Shown: positions 1 to 10,095, counted from the stretch's first letter. The stretch: 64,000 nucleotides of DNA from an uncultured Spirochaetota bacterium (GCA_963734495.1 CAVTHK010000001.1:160001-224000), one strand, 5' to 3'. Numbers and translations: made by a program. The notes: generated from the letters alone by a model not told the origin.

Positions 1-553
1 GCCGCATCTCGAAGCCGTAGCCGCCCCCAATGGGGAACCAGCCGAGGTTCAGCGCGAACAGGTAGAGCAGGATGATGGAGAAGGCGAAAAAGGGCATCGA
101 GTTCACGAGCAGCGCAGCGGGAAAGAGCACCCGGTCGAAGGGCCCCTTCTTGTACGCCGTGATGGCCCCCAGCGCGTTGCCGATCAGCCAGCCGGTGAGG
201 ATGGCCGGAAGCTGAAGGCCGATCGTCCAGGGCACGGCCGAGCGCAGGATGCTCACGACCTTGCGGGGATAGAGCCCGAACGATGTGCCCATGTCGCCGC
301 GGAGCAGGTTCTTCACGTAGACGAGGAACTGGATCGCGATGGGCTTGTCCAGCCCGAACTCGCGGTAAAAGGTGTCGTAGAGCCGCTTGAGCGTGTTGCT
401 GTCGCTCAGGCCCTGCCCCATCTGGTCGACGATCATGCTCACCGGGTTGCCGCGGATCATGCGAGGCAGGAAGAAGTTCAGCATCACGGCCACGACCAGC
501 GTCAGCAGGTACCAGCCGCCGCGCCGGAGCAGGTACTTCGCGTAGTTGCTCAT
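1..553 (-). CDS. ABC transporter permease, OppB/DppB family (3' end outside window)
   Basis: Manual translation from ATG 553: MSNYAKYLLRRGGWYLLTLVVAVMLNFFLPRMIRGNP...FGLDKPIAIQFLVYVKNLLRGDMGTSF...PWTIGL; lies directly downstream of a family-5 binding protein. Confidence 0.9.
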   Translation of the reverse strand, partial: MSNYAKYLLRRGGWYLLTLVVAVMLNFFLPRMIRGNPVSMIVDQMGQGLSDSNTLKRLYDTFYREFGLDKPIAIQFLVYVKNLLRGDMGTSFGLYPRKVVSILRSAVPWTIGLQLPAILTGWLIGNALGAITAYKKGPFDRVLFPAALLVNSMPFFAFSIILLYLFALNLGWFPIGGGYGFEMR

Positions 554-566
554 GAGGTGCGCCGCG

Positions 567-590
567 AAAAGGGGCCCCCGGAGGGGCCCC
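567..590 (-). terminator. Stem-loop after the binding-protein gene (partial terminator or mRNA stabiliser)
   Basis: Minus strand GGGGCCCC-TCCG-GGGGCCCC followed by TTTT, between the SBP stop and the permease start. Confidence 0.6.
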
Positions 591-596
591 GAATGT

Positions 597-2348
597 CTAC
601 TTCGCCTTGATCATGTAAAGGCCGCGGACGCCCGACTGATCGGCGAGGATGGTGGGCGGGACGCCCGTGTTGTCCCCTTCGACCGGGAACCCGCTCCACA
701 CGCTGGTGTTGAAGGTGTAGAACCGGAAGGGGCGGTACATCAGGGGAACGGTCGAGACGTTCTTGAGCCAGATGACCGTGAGCTCGGTATACAGCTTCTT
801 GAGCTCCGCCTTGTCCGAGGTCCGCGGGATCTGCTCCAGGATCGCGTCGGCGCGGTCGTCATGGAACCTGTTGTAGTTCGAGAACGCGAGCTGCCCGACC
901 GCGGGGACGCCCTTGGAGTACAGAATGAAGTTGGCCCGCAGCCACGGCTGGCTCGGCATGGGCTGGCCGGCGGGGGCGAACATCACGACATCGAAGCTGC
1001 CGGTGTTGCGGTCGTTGGTGTAGACCGGCGCCTCGGGGAACTTGGTGCGCAGCTCGATGCCGATCTTCTGCGCGCTCTGAGCGACGATCTCGAGCGCGGC
1101 GTTCCAGTCAGTCCAGCCGTAGGGGCACTCCAGGTCCCACGGCCCCAGGCGCACGCCGTTGAGCACGCGGATGCCGTCCGCGCCTTTCTTGGCGCCGATG
1201 GAATCCAGCAGCTTGTTGGCGGCGTCCACGTCGTACTTCCACTGGTACTGCCTGATCGCGTCCTTGTCGATGTACTGCTCGGTCTCGACCGGCATCGTGA
1301 GCGCCGGCGTGATGTTCCTCGAATAGCCGCTCATCGCGAGCTCTTCGATCTTGGAATAGTCGATCGACATCGCGATCGCGCGCCGCACGTCCGGGTTGTT
1401 CATGCCGGGCTTGGAGAGGTTGAACCACATCGAAGGCATGCTCGCGGGCACGAAGTAGGGCAGGTCCTTGAGGTACGTCCGGATCGGCGTGCCGTCCTTC
1501 CACATGTCCCACACGTGAGGGGTGAACTGCTGCGACATGTCGACCTGGCTGTTCTTGAGCGCGAGGTCCCCGGCCGCATTGTCCTTGAAGATCGTGTGGG
1601 TGATGTACTTGGGCCCAGGGAGCTTGCCGAACAGCGCCTTGCCCCAGTAGTTGTCGTCGCGGATGAGCGTGATGCGGGTGTCGTCGTAGAAGAACATCTT
1701 GTACGGCCCGGAGGCCACCGGAGCCGGGTTGAAGAACTTGCGGATCTCGGCGATGTCGCCCTTGGCGTCCGCCTCGACCTTGGTCCAGACATGCTTGGGC
1801 AGCAGCGGCACGTCGCAGATGCTGTCGAGGATGAGCAGCTGGTTGGCCTTGTCCGCCTTTTGCTTGATGGTGAACGTGGCCGCGTCAGAGGCGGAGACCG
1901 AATCGATGTAGGTCCAGTACTGCGTCCAGTACGTGGTGTACTTCTTGCCCAGCTCGTAGCTGTAGGCCACGTCCTCAGCCGTCAGCTTCTGGCCGTCGTT
2001 CCAGTGCGCCGCCGGGTTGATCGAGACCTTGAGCGTGAGCGGGTCGGTCCACTCGTATTTCGCGCCGACCAGCGGGTCGATCTTGCCGTTGAGCATGTTG
2101 AAGGTGAACAGCGCCTCGTACGTGAGGAACCGCTGCTGCTGGATCGGGAACGACATGTTGCCGGTCAGCGGGTTGAAGTTGGTCGGGGCGCCCCATTGGA
2201 CGCCCGACATGTAGAGCGTCTCGTTTCGCGGGGTCGCCCCCTGCGGAGTGACGGCTTCTTCCTTCTTCTCAGACACAGGACCCGCAGATACCAGGCCCGC
2301 AGACAGGATCGCCAGCAGGCCGAGAACGAGGACCTTTCTGAATGCCAT
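597..2348 (-). CDS. ABC substrate-binding protein, family 5 (likely oligosaccharide-binding subgroup)
   Basis: Signal peptide MAFRKVLVLGLLAILSAG; PRNETLYMSGVQWGAPTNFNPL, WNDGQKLTAEDVAYS, GPYK, PYGWTDW motifs; GGAGG RBS before ATG 2348. Confidence 0.9.
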   Translation of the reverse strand: MAFRKVLVLGLLAILSAGLVSAGPVSEKKEEAVTPQGATPRNETLYMSGVQWGAPTNFNPLTGNMSFPIQQQRFLTYEALFTFNMLNGKIDPLVGAKYEWTDPLTLKVSINPAAHWNDGQKLTAEDVAYSYELGKKYTTYWTQYWTYIDSVSASDAATFTIKQKADKANQLLILDSICDVPLLPKHVWTKVEADAKGDIAEIRKFFNPAPVASGPYKMFFYDDTRITLIRDDNYWGKALFGKLPGPKYITHTIFKDNAAGDLALKNSQVDMSQQFTPHVWDMWKDGTPIRTYLKDLPYFVPASMPSMWFNLSKPGMNNPDVRRAIAMSIDYSKIEELAMSGYSRNITPALTMPVETEQYIDKDAIRQYQWKYDVDAANKLLDSIGAKKGADGIRVLNGVRLGPWDLECPYGWTDWNAALEIVAQSAQKIGIELRTKFPEAPVYTNDRNTGSFDVVMFAPAGQPMPSQPWLRANFILYSKGVPAVGQLAFSNYNRFHDDRADAILEQIPRTSDKAELKKLYTELTVIWLKNVSTVPLMYRPFRFYTFNTSVWSGFPVEGDNTGVPPTILADQSGVRGLYMIKAK

Positions 2349-2406
2349 GACAGTGCCTCCTTGAGACAACTGACTTCGACGGGAGCTGTGCCCGCCGCAA
2401 AAGGAA

Positions 2407-2435
2407 AGTCTAAGGGCGCTTCCTGCCGCTGTCAA
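2407..2435 (-). promoter_or_regulatory. Sigma70-type promoter of the ABC operon
   Basis: Minus strand TTGACA-17 nt-TAGACT, about 60 nt upstream of the SBP start. Confidence 0.55.
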
Positions 2436-2540
2436 ATCGAGCCTCGCTGGACATCGCGGGACTGGCGCGCCGGGCCACGCGCGCTCGTTGACGCTGCCTT
2501 GGGCGTGAGTCTAGTATCCGGGTGCGTAAAAGAGGTCGAA

Positions 2541-4433
2541 ATGGACAGCCCGCTGTATCTCATCCTCGAACCCGACAGGAATCCGGCCGGGCTCAGGGGT
2601 CTCCTCGAGTCGCACCCCGAGATACGCTTCGTTTCGCTTTCGGGCGTCGACCTGGGCGGCAACGACACCGACGAAAGGATCCCCGTGACTCACTTTCTCG
2701 GCCATATCGAGGAGTACCTTTCCGGCGGCGTGCAGACCGACGGCTCGAGCGTCGTCCTGCCGGGGATAGCGACGCTCAACGACGGCCAGGTCGACCTCGT
2801 CGCCGACCCGGACGTGCGCTGGTACGTCGACTACAACACCGAGCTCGGGGATCCCGAGGCGAGGGTCCCCGTCGGCACGCTCCGCATCCCGGCATTCCTG
2901 AAGCACGGAACGCGGTTCGTGGACTCGCGCTCCCTGCTCAAACGCGCCGTCGAGAGCTGCGAGCGGCGCCTGCTCGCGCTGCTGCGCTCCCATCCCGCGG
3001 CCGCGCGGGCCGCGGGCATCGACCCGGCGGGCGTCGTGGGCCTGCAGCTCGCCGCTGCGACGGAGCTCGAGTTCTGGGTGCGGACCCCGGGCGGCACGAT
3101 CGAGGCCGAGCAGCTGGAGGTGTCGCAGGTGCTGCAGGAGTCGTACTGGAAGCGGACCAAGGGCTCGGTGCGCTCCGCCCTCGAGCTCTCGCTGATGCTG
3201 CTCGAAAGGTACGGCCTCGCCCCCGAGATGGGCCACAAGGAGGTCGGCGGCGTCAAGGCGACCGTGAGCGGGCAGGGCGGCTTCGACGACATCATGGAGC
3301 AGCTCGAGATCGACTGGAGGTACGCGCCGGCCCTGCAGGCCGCGGACAACGAGCTGCTCGCGCGCATCATGATCAAGGAGACGTTTCGCCGCCACGGGCT
3401 GGAGGCCACCTTCATGGCCAAGCCGATGGACCTCGTGGCGGGCAGCGGGGAGCATACGCACGTGAACATCGTGGCGCTGATGCGCGACGGGTCGCGCGCG
3501 AACCTCTTCGCGCCCCGCGACCCGGGCGCGGACTACCTCGGCCCGCTCGGCTGGGGCGCGCTCATGGGGCTGCTGCGCAACTACGAGGCTGCCGGCGCGT
3601 TCGTCACCGCCTCCAACGACGCCTTCAACCGCCTCAAGCCGGGCTTCGAGGCGCCGGTCTGCATCGTCGCCTCCGTCGGCCGCGACGTCAAGCTGCCGTC
3701 GCGCAACCGCACCGTGCTCGTGGGCGTGGTGCGGGAGCTCGCGAACCCGCTCTCGACGCGCTTCGAGGTGCGGGCCCCGAACCCGCACACCAACACCTAC
3801 CTGGCGCTCGCCGCCTTCTGCCAGTCCATGGCCGACGGGATGCGCTGGGCGGCGGAGAGCGCGAAGCCTGCGGCCGAGCTCGAAGCCGGGTTCTCGAAGG
3901 CGGCCGGCGCTCCCCACCCCTACCTGGAGGCCGGTCGCGCCTACCGCAGCGAAGAAGACGTCTTCGAGGACTACGACGACAAGGAGCGCGAGTCCGCGTT
4001 CGGCCGGCCGCCCGCGACGGTATGGGAGACCCTGGCGAACCTCGACGCCTGTCCGGAAAAGACCGCCGTGCTCTGCGTGGACGGCGTGTTCTCCCCGGAG
4101 CTCATCGACTCGTACAGGCGGGCGATGCTGCTGCGCTGGACGATGGAGCTCTCGAGCCGGATCATCCCCGACAACTCGAGGCTCGTGCATGGCTGCGTGC
4201 GGATGGACGGCGAGAACCGGCTGGACCAGGAGCGCTGGGGCCGCATCGAGGCGCTCAAGCAGGCCCTGGCCCGCGACGACGTCGACCGGACGTGTCTGTT
4301 TACGCGGATCCGCGAAGCGGTCGCCGCGGGAGAGTACGCGACCGTCTCCTCCCTGCAGCTGGAAATGGAGGCGCGGATGGCGGAGCTCGCCGGCCTCCAC
4401 CGCCTCTACCGCAGGAACCTCGGGCCAGCCTGA
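2541..4433 (+). CDS. Glutamine synthetase-family protein (long, about 630 aa)
   Basis: TDGSS, TELEFW, HKEVG, EQLEID, FMAKP..AGSGEHTH, NRLKPGFEAP, RFEVRAPNPHTNTYL motifs; GAGG RBS before ATG 2541. The 546-2540 part of the listed ORF is antisense shadow of the SBP. Confidence 0.85.
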   Translation: MDSPLYLILEPDRNPAGLRGLLESHPEIRFVSLSGVDLGGNDTDERIPVTHFLGHIEEYLSGGVQTDGSSVVLPGIATLNDGQVDLVADPDVRWYVDYNTELGDPEARVPVGTLRIPAFLKHGTRFVDSRSLLKRAVESCERRLLALLRSHPAAARAAGIDPAGVVGLQLAAATELEFWVRTPGGTIEAEQLEVSQVLQESYWKRTKGSVRSALELSLMLLERYGLAPEMGHKEVGGVKATVSGQGGFDDIMEQLEIDWRYAPALQAADNELLARIMIKETFRRHGLEATFMAKPMDLVAGSGEHTHVNIVALMRDGSRANLFAPRDPGADYLGPLGWGALMGLLRNYEAAGAFVTASNDAFNRLKPGFEAPVCIVASVGRDVKLPSRNRTVLVGVVRELANPLSTRFEVRAPNPHTNTYLALAAFCQSMADGMRWAAESAKPAAELEAGFSKAAGAPHPYLEAGRAYRSEEDVFEDYDDKERESAFGRPPATVWETLANLDACPEKTAVLCVDGVFSPELIDSYRRAMLLRWTMELSSRIIPDNSRLVHGCVRMDGENRLDQERWGRIEALKQALARDDVDRTCLFTRIREAVAAGEYATVSSLQLEMEARMAELAGLHRLYRRNLGPA

Positions 4434-4469
4434 GCCGCCGGGTGTCCCGCCGCGCGCTCTTGCGGGCGC

Positions 4470-5789
4470 TTGCCGGCGGCTCGCCGTGTGGCGTATTGTC
4501 CCTGCGAGGTCTCGGCTGCCCTGCTGTACCTTCTTCTGTTTCTTTTTTCCTTCGCCGCGGTGCCGGTCTTTGCCTACCTCGATCCCGGCACGGGGAGCCT
4601 CCTGCTCTACGCCCTCGTCGGCATAGCGACGACCGCGCTGTTCGCCCTGAGGAATCTCTGGTACTGGGCGAAGGGCAAGACGCTCCTGTCGGCGACGGCG
4701 GTCGTTCGGGCCGAGCTTCCGGACATCGTGTTCCATTCCGAGGGAGGCAAGTACTGGCAGGTCTTTCAGCCGGTGCTCGCCGGCCTGCAGCAGCTCGGTG
4801 TTTCCTGCGCGTACGTCACCCCCGACGCGGCGGACCCCGCACTGAGCTGGACCGCGAAGGGGTTCACGGCGGTCCACCCGGGCGGCGAGATGATGACGAT
4901 CGCCTACATGAACGCGATCAAGGCGGCGATGGTCGTCTCCACGACCCCGAGCCTCGACGTCTACATGCTCAGGCGCTCCCGCAAGGTCAAGCACTACGCG
5001 CACCTGTTCCACGCCCCGACCGATGTCGCGTTCTACGAGAAGTTCGCGTTCGACTACTACGATTCGCTGCTCACGGTCGGCTCCTTCCAGGAACGGAGCG
5101 TCCGCGAGCTGGAACGAAGACGCGGCCTCGAGGAGAAGCAGCTCTTCGAGACGGGGTGCCCCTACTACGACTACATGCTCGAAGAGATGAGGGGTCTCGC
5201 GCCGAGGGAGACCTCCGGGCTGACCGTGCTCTATGCGCCGGCCTGGGGCGGCAGGAGCTCGGTCCTCAAGTACGGGACCGCGCTGCTCGACGCGCTGGCT
5301 CGAGCCGGAATCAGGACCATCTTCCGCCCTCATCCGCAGTTCTACGTTTCCCATCTCGACATCATCCGGGACATCGAGAAGAAGCTCTCGGGCAGCGCGC
5401 ACGTCGAGATCGACACGAACAGGACCGGCATCAGCAGCATGAGCAGGTCGGACGTGATGATCACGGACCTGTCCGGTGTCCTCCTCGACTACGCGTTCCT
5501 GTTCGAGCGGCCGATCATCCTCGCGAACTCGCGGGCGGACGTCGGCGGCCAGGAGGGCGAGGACCTGTCCGGCGAGATCTGGGATGTCGCGGTGAGCAGG
5601 CGGTTGGCGCGCTGCCTCGCCGACGATGAAGTCGGGCGCATCCCCGACATCGTCGTCCAGGCGAACGCCGACGGCGCGCAGTACGCCGGCGCCATCCGCG
5701 CGGTCAGAGACGGGGAGATCTACAACTTCGGGCGCGCGGGCCGCGCCGCGGCCGACAGCATCGCGAGGGTGCTCGGAGGCCTCGTGTGA
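4470..5789 (+). CDS. CDP-glycerol glycerophosphotransferase (TagB/TagF-like) with N-terminal membrane anchor; start uncertain
   Basis: LYAPAW, FRPHP and SDVMITDLSGVLLDYAFL motifs; hydrophobic N-terminus with YLDPGTGSLL. Confidence 0.75.
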   Translation: MPAARRVAYCPCEVSAALLYLLLFLFSFAAVPVFAYLDPGTGSLLLYALVGIATTALFALRNLWYWAKGKTLLSATAVVRAELPDIVFHSEGGKYWQVFQPVLAGLQQLGVSCAYVTPDAADPALSWTAKGFTAVHPGGEMMTIAYMNAIKAAMVVSTTPSLDVYMLRRSRKVKHYAHLFHAPTDVAFYEKFAFDYYDSLLTVGSFQERSVRELERRRGLEEKQLFETGCPYYDYMLEEMRGLAPRETSGLTVLYAPAWGGRSSVLKYGTALLDALARAGIRTIFRPHPQFYVSHLDIIRDIEKKLSGSAHVEIDTNRTGISSMSRSDVMITDLSGVLLDYAFLFERPIILANSRADVGGQEGEDLSGEIWDVAVSRRLARCLADDEVGRIPDIVVQANADGAQYAGAIRAVRDGEIYNFGRAGRAAADSIARVLGGLV

Positions 5790-8677
5790 ACGCCCTGCAC
5801 GCGATCTTCATCAGGCCCGTCGAGCAGCTCCTCGAGCTCCTCTTCGTGCGGTTCGCGGCCGCGACGGGCAGCTACGGCTGGTCTCTCGTCCTCCTCAGCC
5901 TGGCGGTGACGCTCATCACGGCCCCCCTCTACTACGTGGCGGAGCGCTGGAAGATCCGCGAACAGATCCTCCAGAAGACGATGGCCCGGGACCTGGCCAG
6001 CATCAGGAAGCACTATTCCGGCCAGAAGCGGTTCTACCTCGTCAGGAACGTCCACCGGCTCCACGGCTACAAATCCTTCTACGCGCTGCGCACGTCGCTG
6101 GGCCTCCTGATCCAGATCCCCTTCTTCTTCGCGGCGTACGGGTACCTGTCGCAGTTCCGGGGCTACGCGGGCACGGGCTTTCTCTTTGTCCCGGACCTGG
6201 GCCGCCCCGACGACCTCCTCTGGGGCGCTGCCCTGCTCCCCTTTGTCATGACCGCCGTCAACGTGGTGTCCTCCCTCGTCTACACCCGCTCCCGGTCCCT
6301 CAAAGACAACGCGCAGCTTCTCCTGCTGGCGCTCGTCTTTCTCGTCGTCCTCTACGACCAGCCCGCCGGGCTCCTCGTCTACTGGACGATGAACAACGTG
6401 TTCGCCATGCTCAAGAACCTCCTGCTCGCGCGTTTTCTGCCGCAGCCCGGGCCGGCCGCCGCCGGCGAGCCCGCGGCGGCGGTCAGCCGACGCGTGCTCA
6501 CGGCCGCCGAGCTTTCGCCGTGGTACTTCGTGCCCGTGGCCCTGCTGGTGGCCGCCCAGGCGTTCTGGCAGGTCCACTTCGATCGAAGCTTCAAGTACTG
6601 CATACTCGCGACCGCGATCATCGGCGCGGCGCTTTCGTTCGCGCTCATTCTCCGGCAGGCTCGTGTGCCGAGGCCGCGGTCCGCGCGGCTCCGTTCGATG
6701 GACCTGGCTCTGCTGTGGGCGCTCTTCGGCGTTTCGGCGTACCTGCTTCTTTTCGAGAGGCGGCAGAACATCCTCCTTTCGAACGCCACGGTCAAGTTCA
6801 TCCCGGCGGTGATCCAGGACATCATCGTCTACGTTGCCGGCAGACGCCTTCTTCCCGGGGCGCCGGCCGAGGACGCCGGCCTCGCCCCGGCGCAGGCCCG
6901 CAGGATCTTCGAGGCGGCCTCCGTGTTCCTGTTCGCCTACGTCTTCGTCCTCTCCCCGATGCTGGTCTATTTCTCGTCGCCGCAGGACATCGGTATCGAG
7001 GTGGGACCCCTCCTGGCGCGCCTTGCGCCCTGGGCGATCGGGTTCTCGCTGGCGAGTGCCGGCCTGATCAGGCTCGCGGGCGGGGGCGCTCAGCGCCGCG
7101 CGGCCGAAGCGTCGGTGGCGCTCATACTGGTCGCGATCACCTACAGCTACGTGATCCCCGGCGACTACGGGATCCTCGACGAGTTCAACCTCGAGAAGGC
7201 CTTTCTGCTGGAGCACACGCCGCTCGGCCTGTTCCTGGTCGACGTTCTGGTGATCATCCTGGCGGCAGCGGCCTCCCGGTACGCGCTGCGCAGGTGGGCG
7301 ACGGTCGTGGTGCCGTGCCTGGGAGCCGTGGCGATCGCGTTCGCGGTGCAGGTCACCGTGAGCGCGGTGCGAATGGACCGCGCGGCGATCGTGGCGGCGG
7401 ATCGCGAAACCCCCGCCCTTCCCGCGGACAGCGGCGCCGTCAATCACTTCTCGAAGACCGGCCGGAACATCGTGCTCGTCATCGCGGACATGTTCAACGG
7501 CAACTACATCGGGAGGATGCTCGAGCAGTTCCCCGAGACGCGGGACAAGCTGGACGGATTCACGTGGTACCCGAACACCCTCTCGATCTCTTCGCACACC
7601 GCGACTTCTCTCCCCGGGGTCCTCGGCGGCTGGAACTATTCTCCCGAGCACATGAACGCCGTCCCCGGCACGGGGATGCAGAAGTACGAGGAGGCTGTCG
7701 CCGGCTTCGGCACCGCGCTGCTCGATCGCGGCTACGACGTCTCGATGGTCGACCTGCTCTACATGGATGCCGCGAAGATCGGCGGGGGCAAGTACGCCGG
7801 GAAGCTGCACGTCGGCAGGTCGGACGAGTACGTCGGCTACTGGAGAGGCGCTGCGGGCGGGTCCGTCAAGCGCGAGCTCGCGGGCGGCAAGGCGCGCCTT
7901 CTCGTGATGGTCACGCTGTTCCAGTCCGTCCCGTTCATGCTCAAAGCCAGGGTCTACGACGACGGGAGCTGGCTCGTGTTCCGGCGTTCGTACCAGTTCG
8001 ACTACATCGCGCGGAAGACCACGGGCAACTACGCTTACCTCGACCTGCTCCCGAAGGTGTCGACGGCCGCGGGCCCCGGCGACACCTTCAAATTCATCCA
8101 CACGCAATTCACCCACGAGCCGTTCGGGATCACGCGCGAGGGCAGGATCATCGACCGGGAGTTCCCGGATCCGCAGTCCCGCAGCTTCATCGACGGCACG
8201 AGCGCCTACTACACCGCGCGCAAGTTCATCGACTTTCTGGCGGCGTGGACGCTCTGGATGAAGCGCGAAGGCATCTACGACAACACGTTCATCGTGGTGG
8301 TGTCGGACCACAGCAACAACGCCATGGACAATGACCTGAGACTGCCCGACGCCGCCGCGGGGCTCGTCCGCAGGCACGACATCTCGAGGGCCGGCGCCCT
8401 CCTGCTGGTCAAGCGGTTCGGAGGCTCGGGCCCCCTGCGCAGGGACGACAGGCTCATGAGCAACGCGGATACGCCGGCCATCGTGCTGAACGCGGCCGGC
8501 GACCGGTCGGTCTACGGCGAGGACCCCACGGAAGGGCCTGCCCCGAGAGGCCGCGTCGTCGAGTATGGGAGCCTCCGCGACAACTGGCACGATTTCCTGA
8601 ACAGCGAGCGCGCGAAGTTCAACGAGTACCTGGTCAGGGACAACATCTACGTGCCGGCCAACTGGGAGATCAAGTAG
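5786..8677 (+). CDS. YidC/Oxa1-like domain fused to a polytopic membrane region and a C-terminal alkaline-phosphatase/sulfatase (LtaS-like) domain
   Basis: N-term GSYGWSLVLLSLAV..PL, LLIQIPFF, FLFVPDLGRPD, PAGLLVYWTMNN; C-term NIVLVIADM, HTATSLP, THEPF, VVSDH; GTGA overlap with the upstream gene. Confidence 0.8.
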   Translation: MNALHAIFIRPVEQLLELLFVRFAAATGSYGWSLVLLSLAVTLITAPLYYVAERWKIREQILQKTMARDLASIRKHYSGQKRFYLVRNVHRLHGYKSFYALRTSLGLLIQIPFFFAAYGYLSQFRGYAGTGFLFVPDLGRPDDLLWGAALLPFVMTAVNVVSSLVYTRSRSLKDNAQLLLLALVFLVVLYDQPAGLLVYWTMNNVFAMLKNLLLARFLPQPGPAAAGEPAAAVSRRVLTAAELSPWYFVPVALLVAAQAFWQVHFDRSFKYCILATAIIGAALSFALILRQARVPRPRSARLRSMDLALLWALFGVSAYLLLFERRQNILLSNATVKFIPAVIQDIIVYVAGRRLLPGAPAEDAGLAPAQARRIFEAASVFLFAYVFVLSPMLVYFSSPQDIGIEVGPLLARLAPWAIGFSLASAGLIRLAGGGAQRRAAEASVALILVAITYSYVIPGDYGILDEFNLEKAFLLEHTPLGLFLVDVLVIILAAAASRYALRRWATVVVPCLGAVAIAFAVQVTVSAVRMDRAAIVAADRETPALPADSGAVNHFSKTGRNIVLVIADMFNGNYIGRMLEQFPETRDKLDGFTWYPNTLSISSHTATSLPGVLGGWNYSPEHMNAVPGTGMQKYEEAVAGFGTALLDRGYDVSMVDLLYMDAAKIGGGKYAGKLHVGRSDEYVGYWRGAAGGSVKRELAGGKARLLVMVTLFQSVPFMLKARVYDDGSWLVFRRSYQFDYIARKTTGNYAYLDLLPKVSTAAGPGDTFKFIHTQFTHEPFGITREGRIIDREFPDPQSRSFIDGTSAYYTARKFIDFLAAWTLWMKREGIYDNTFIVVVSDHSNNAMDNDLRLPDAAAGLVRRHDISRAGALLLVKRFGGSGPLRRDDRLMSNADTPAIVLNAAGDRSVYGEDPTEGPAPRGRVVEYGSLRDNWHDFLNSERAKFNEYLVRDNIYVPANWEIK

Positions 8678-8820
8678 GCGCGACCCTTGCGCCCGGGACG
8701 TGCGCGCGGGCCTGCGCCGGGGCCGCACGCCTCGGACTCCTGCGCCAGGAACCGTTTGCACAACCGGGAGCCGCGTGGCATCATGGCGCCCCCCAATCGA
8801 ATCATGCGGGAGGTGAGACC

Positions 8821-10042
8821 GTGTCCGTCCGCTCCACTGTCGAACGCGCGCTCGAGCAGGGCCGCGGGATCCTGCGCCTCGCTCCGAACTGGGTGCCCCG
8901 ATCGTTCTGCGTGCCGGGACGCAGGATCAAGCTTCACCCGGACGACTACTACGCCCTGGGCATAGAGCGGGGCGGCATCGACGAACGATGGTTCGCCTCC
9001 ACGACGCCGGCCGACAACGGCCCGAAGACCGCGCCCGACGAGGGCTTGAGCCGTATCGTCTTCGAAGACGGCGGCCGCGCGTCGCAGGTGCTGCTGAGGG
9101 ACGCGGTCGCCGAGATGAAGGGCGCCCTGATCGGCGACCGCCTCTGGAAGCAGCACGGCCGCTGGCCGATGTACTCCAAGTTCTTCGACAACAAGGGGCC
9201 GCTTCCGCACCACATCCACCACAGGGACGAGCACGCGGCCCTGGTCGGCCAGTCGGGCAAGCCGGAGGCGTACTACTTTCCGCCGCAGCTCAACAACCAC
9301 GGGGGAGACTTCCCTTATACCTTCTTCGGTTTCACCCCGGAGACGACCAGGGCGCAGGTGAGAGAAGCCCTCGTCAACTTCGAGAAGGGCGACAACAGGA
9401 TCACGGCCCTCTCGCGCTGCTACCGGCTCGAGGCGGGCACGGGATGGGACGTGCCGCCGGGAGTGCTGCATGCGCCCGGAAGCCTCTGCACCTACGAGCC
9501 TCAGAAGGCCTCCGACGTGTATTCCATGTACCAGTCCCTCGCCGGCGACCGATTGCTGGAGCCCGACGCGCTGTGGAAGGATTCTCCCAAGGAGAAGCGG
9601 GGGGACTTCGACTACCTGATCGAGCTCATCGACTGGCCCCTCAACGTCGACCCGGACCTTCACGCCAAGCGCTTCATGCCCCCGATTCCGGCGGGCGATC
9701 CGAAGGCGATGGCGGCGCAGGGTTACTCGGACCTCTGGGTGGCCTACAAATCGCACGCGTTCAGCGCCAAGGAGCTGACGGTCTTTCCGGGCCGCACCGT
9801 CACCATCCGCGACGCGGCCGCGTACGGGCTCATCATGACGCAGGGGCACGGCACCATGGGCGCGTGGGACGTGGAGACCCCGGTCCTTTATCCGCTACGG
9901 ACAGGTCTCCAGCGACGAGCTCTTCGTGACGGAAGCGGCCGCGCGGGAGGGAGTCACGATCGCCAACCCTTCGCGGACCGACCCGCTGGTGATGCTCAAG
10001 CATTTCGGGCCGGGCAACCCCGACCTGACCGTGCGGTCCTGA
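8821..10042 (+). CDS. Cupin-fold, phosphomannose-isomerase-like protein; frameshift near 9888
   Basis: PLPHHIHH, GKPEAYYF, VPPGVLHAPG, YEPQKASD; continues in the +1 frame as IRYGQVSSDELFVTE...LKHFGPGNPDLTVRS* (TGA 10040-10042). Confidence 0.7.
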
Positions 10043-10095
10043 GGCGACCGCGCGGCCCGCGGCCCGCGGCGCGCGGCGCGCGCGGCTCCGAGGCC

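Noticed and set aside
546-2540. N-terminal 665 aa of the 1295-aa + strand ORF as a GS fusion
   Set aside because: Antisense shadow of the SBP gene; GS has its own RBS and ATG at 2541
2511-8761. Long overlapping ORFs (2511-5402, 2522-5629, 5626-8334, 5720-8761) and similar R/G/A/P-rich ORFs elsewhere
   Set aside because: Expected stop-poor alternate frames in high-GC coding DNA; no motifs
10046-10090. GC-only run (cgcggcccgcggcccgcggcgcgcgg)
   Set aside because: Low-complexity intergenic sequence without regular period or spacers
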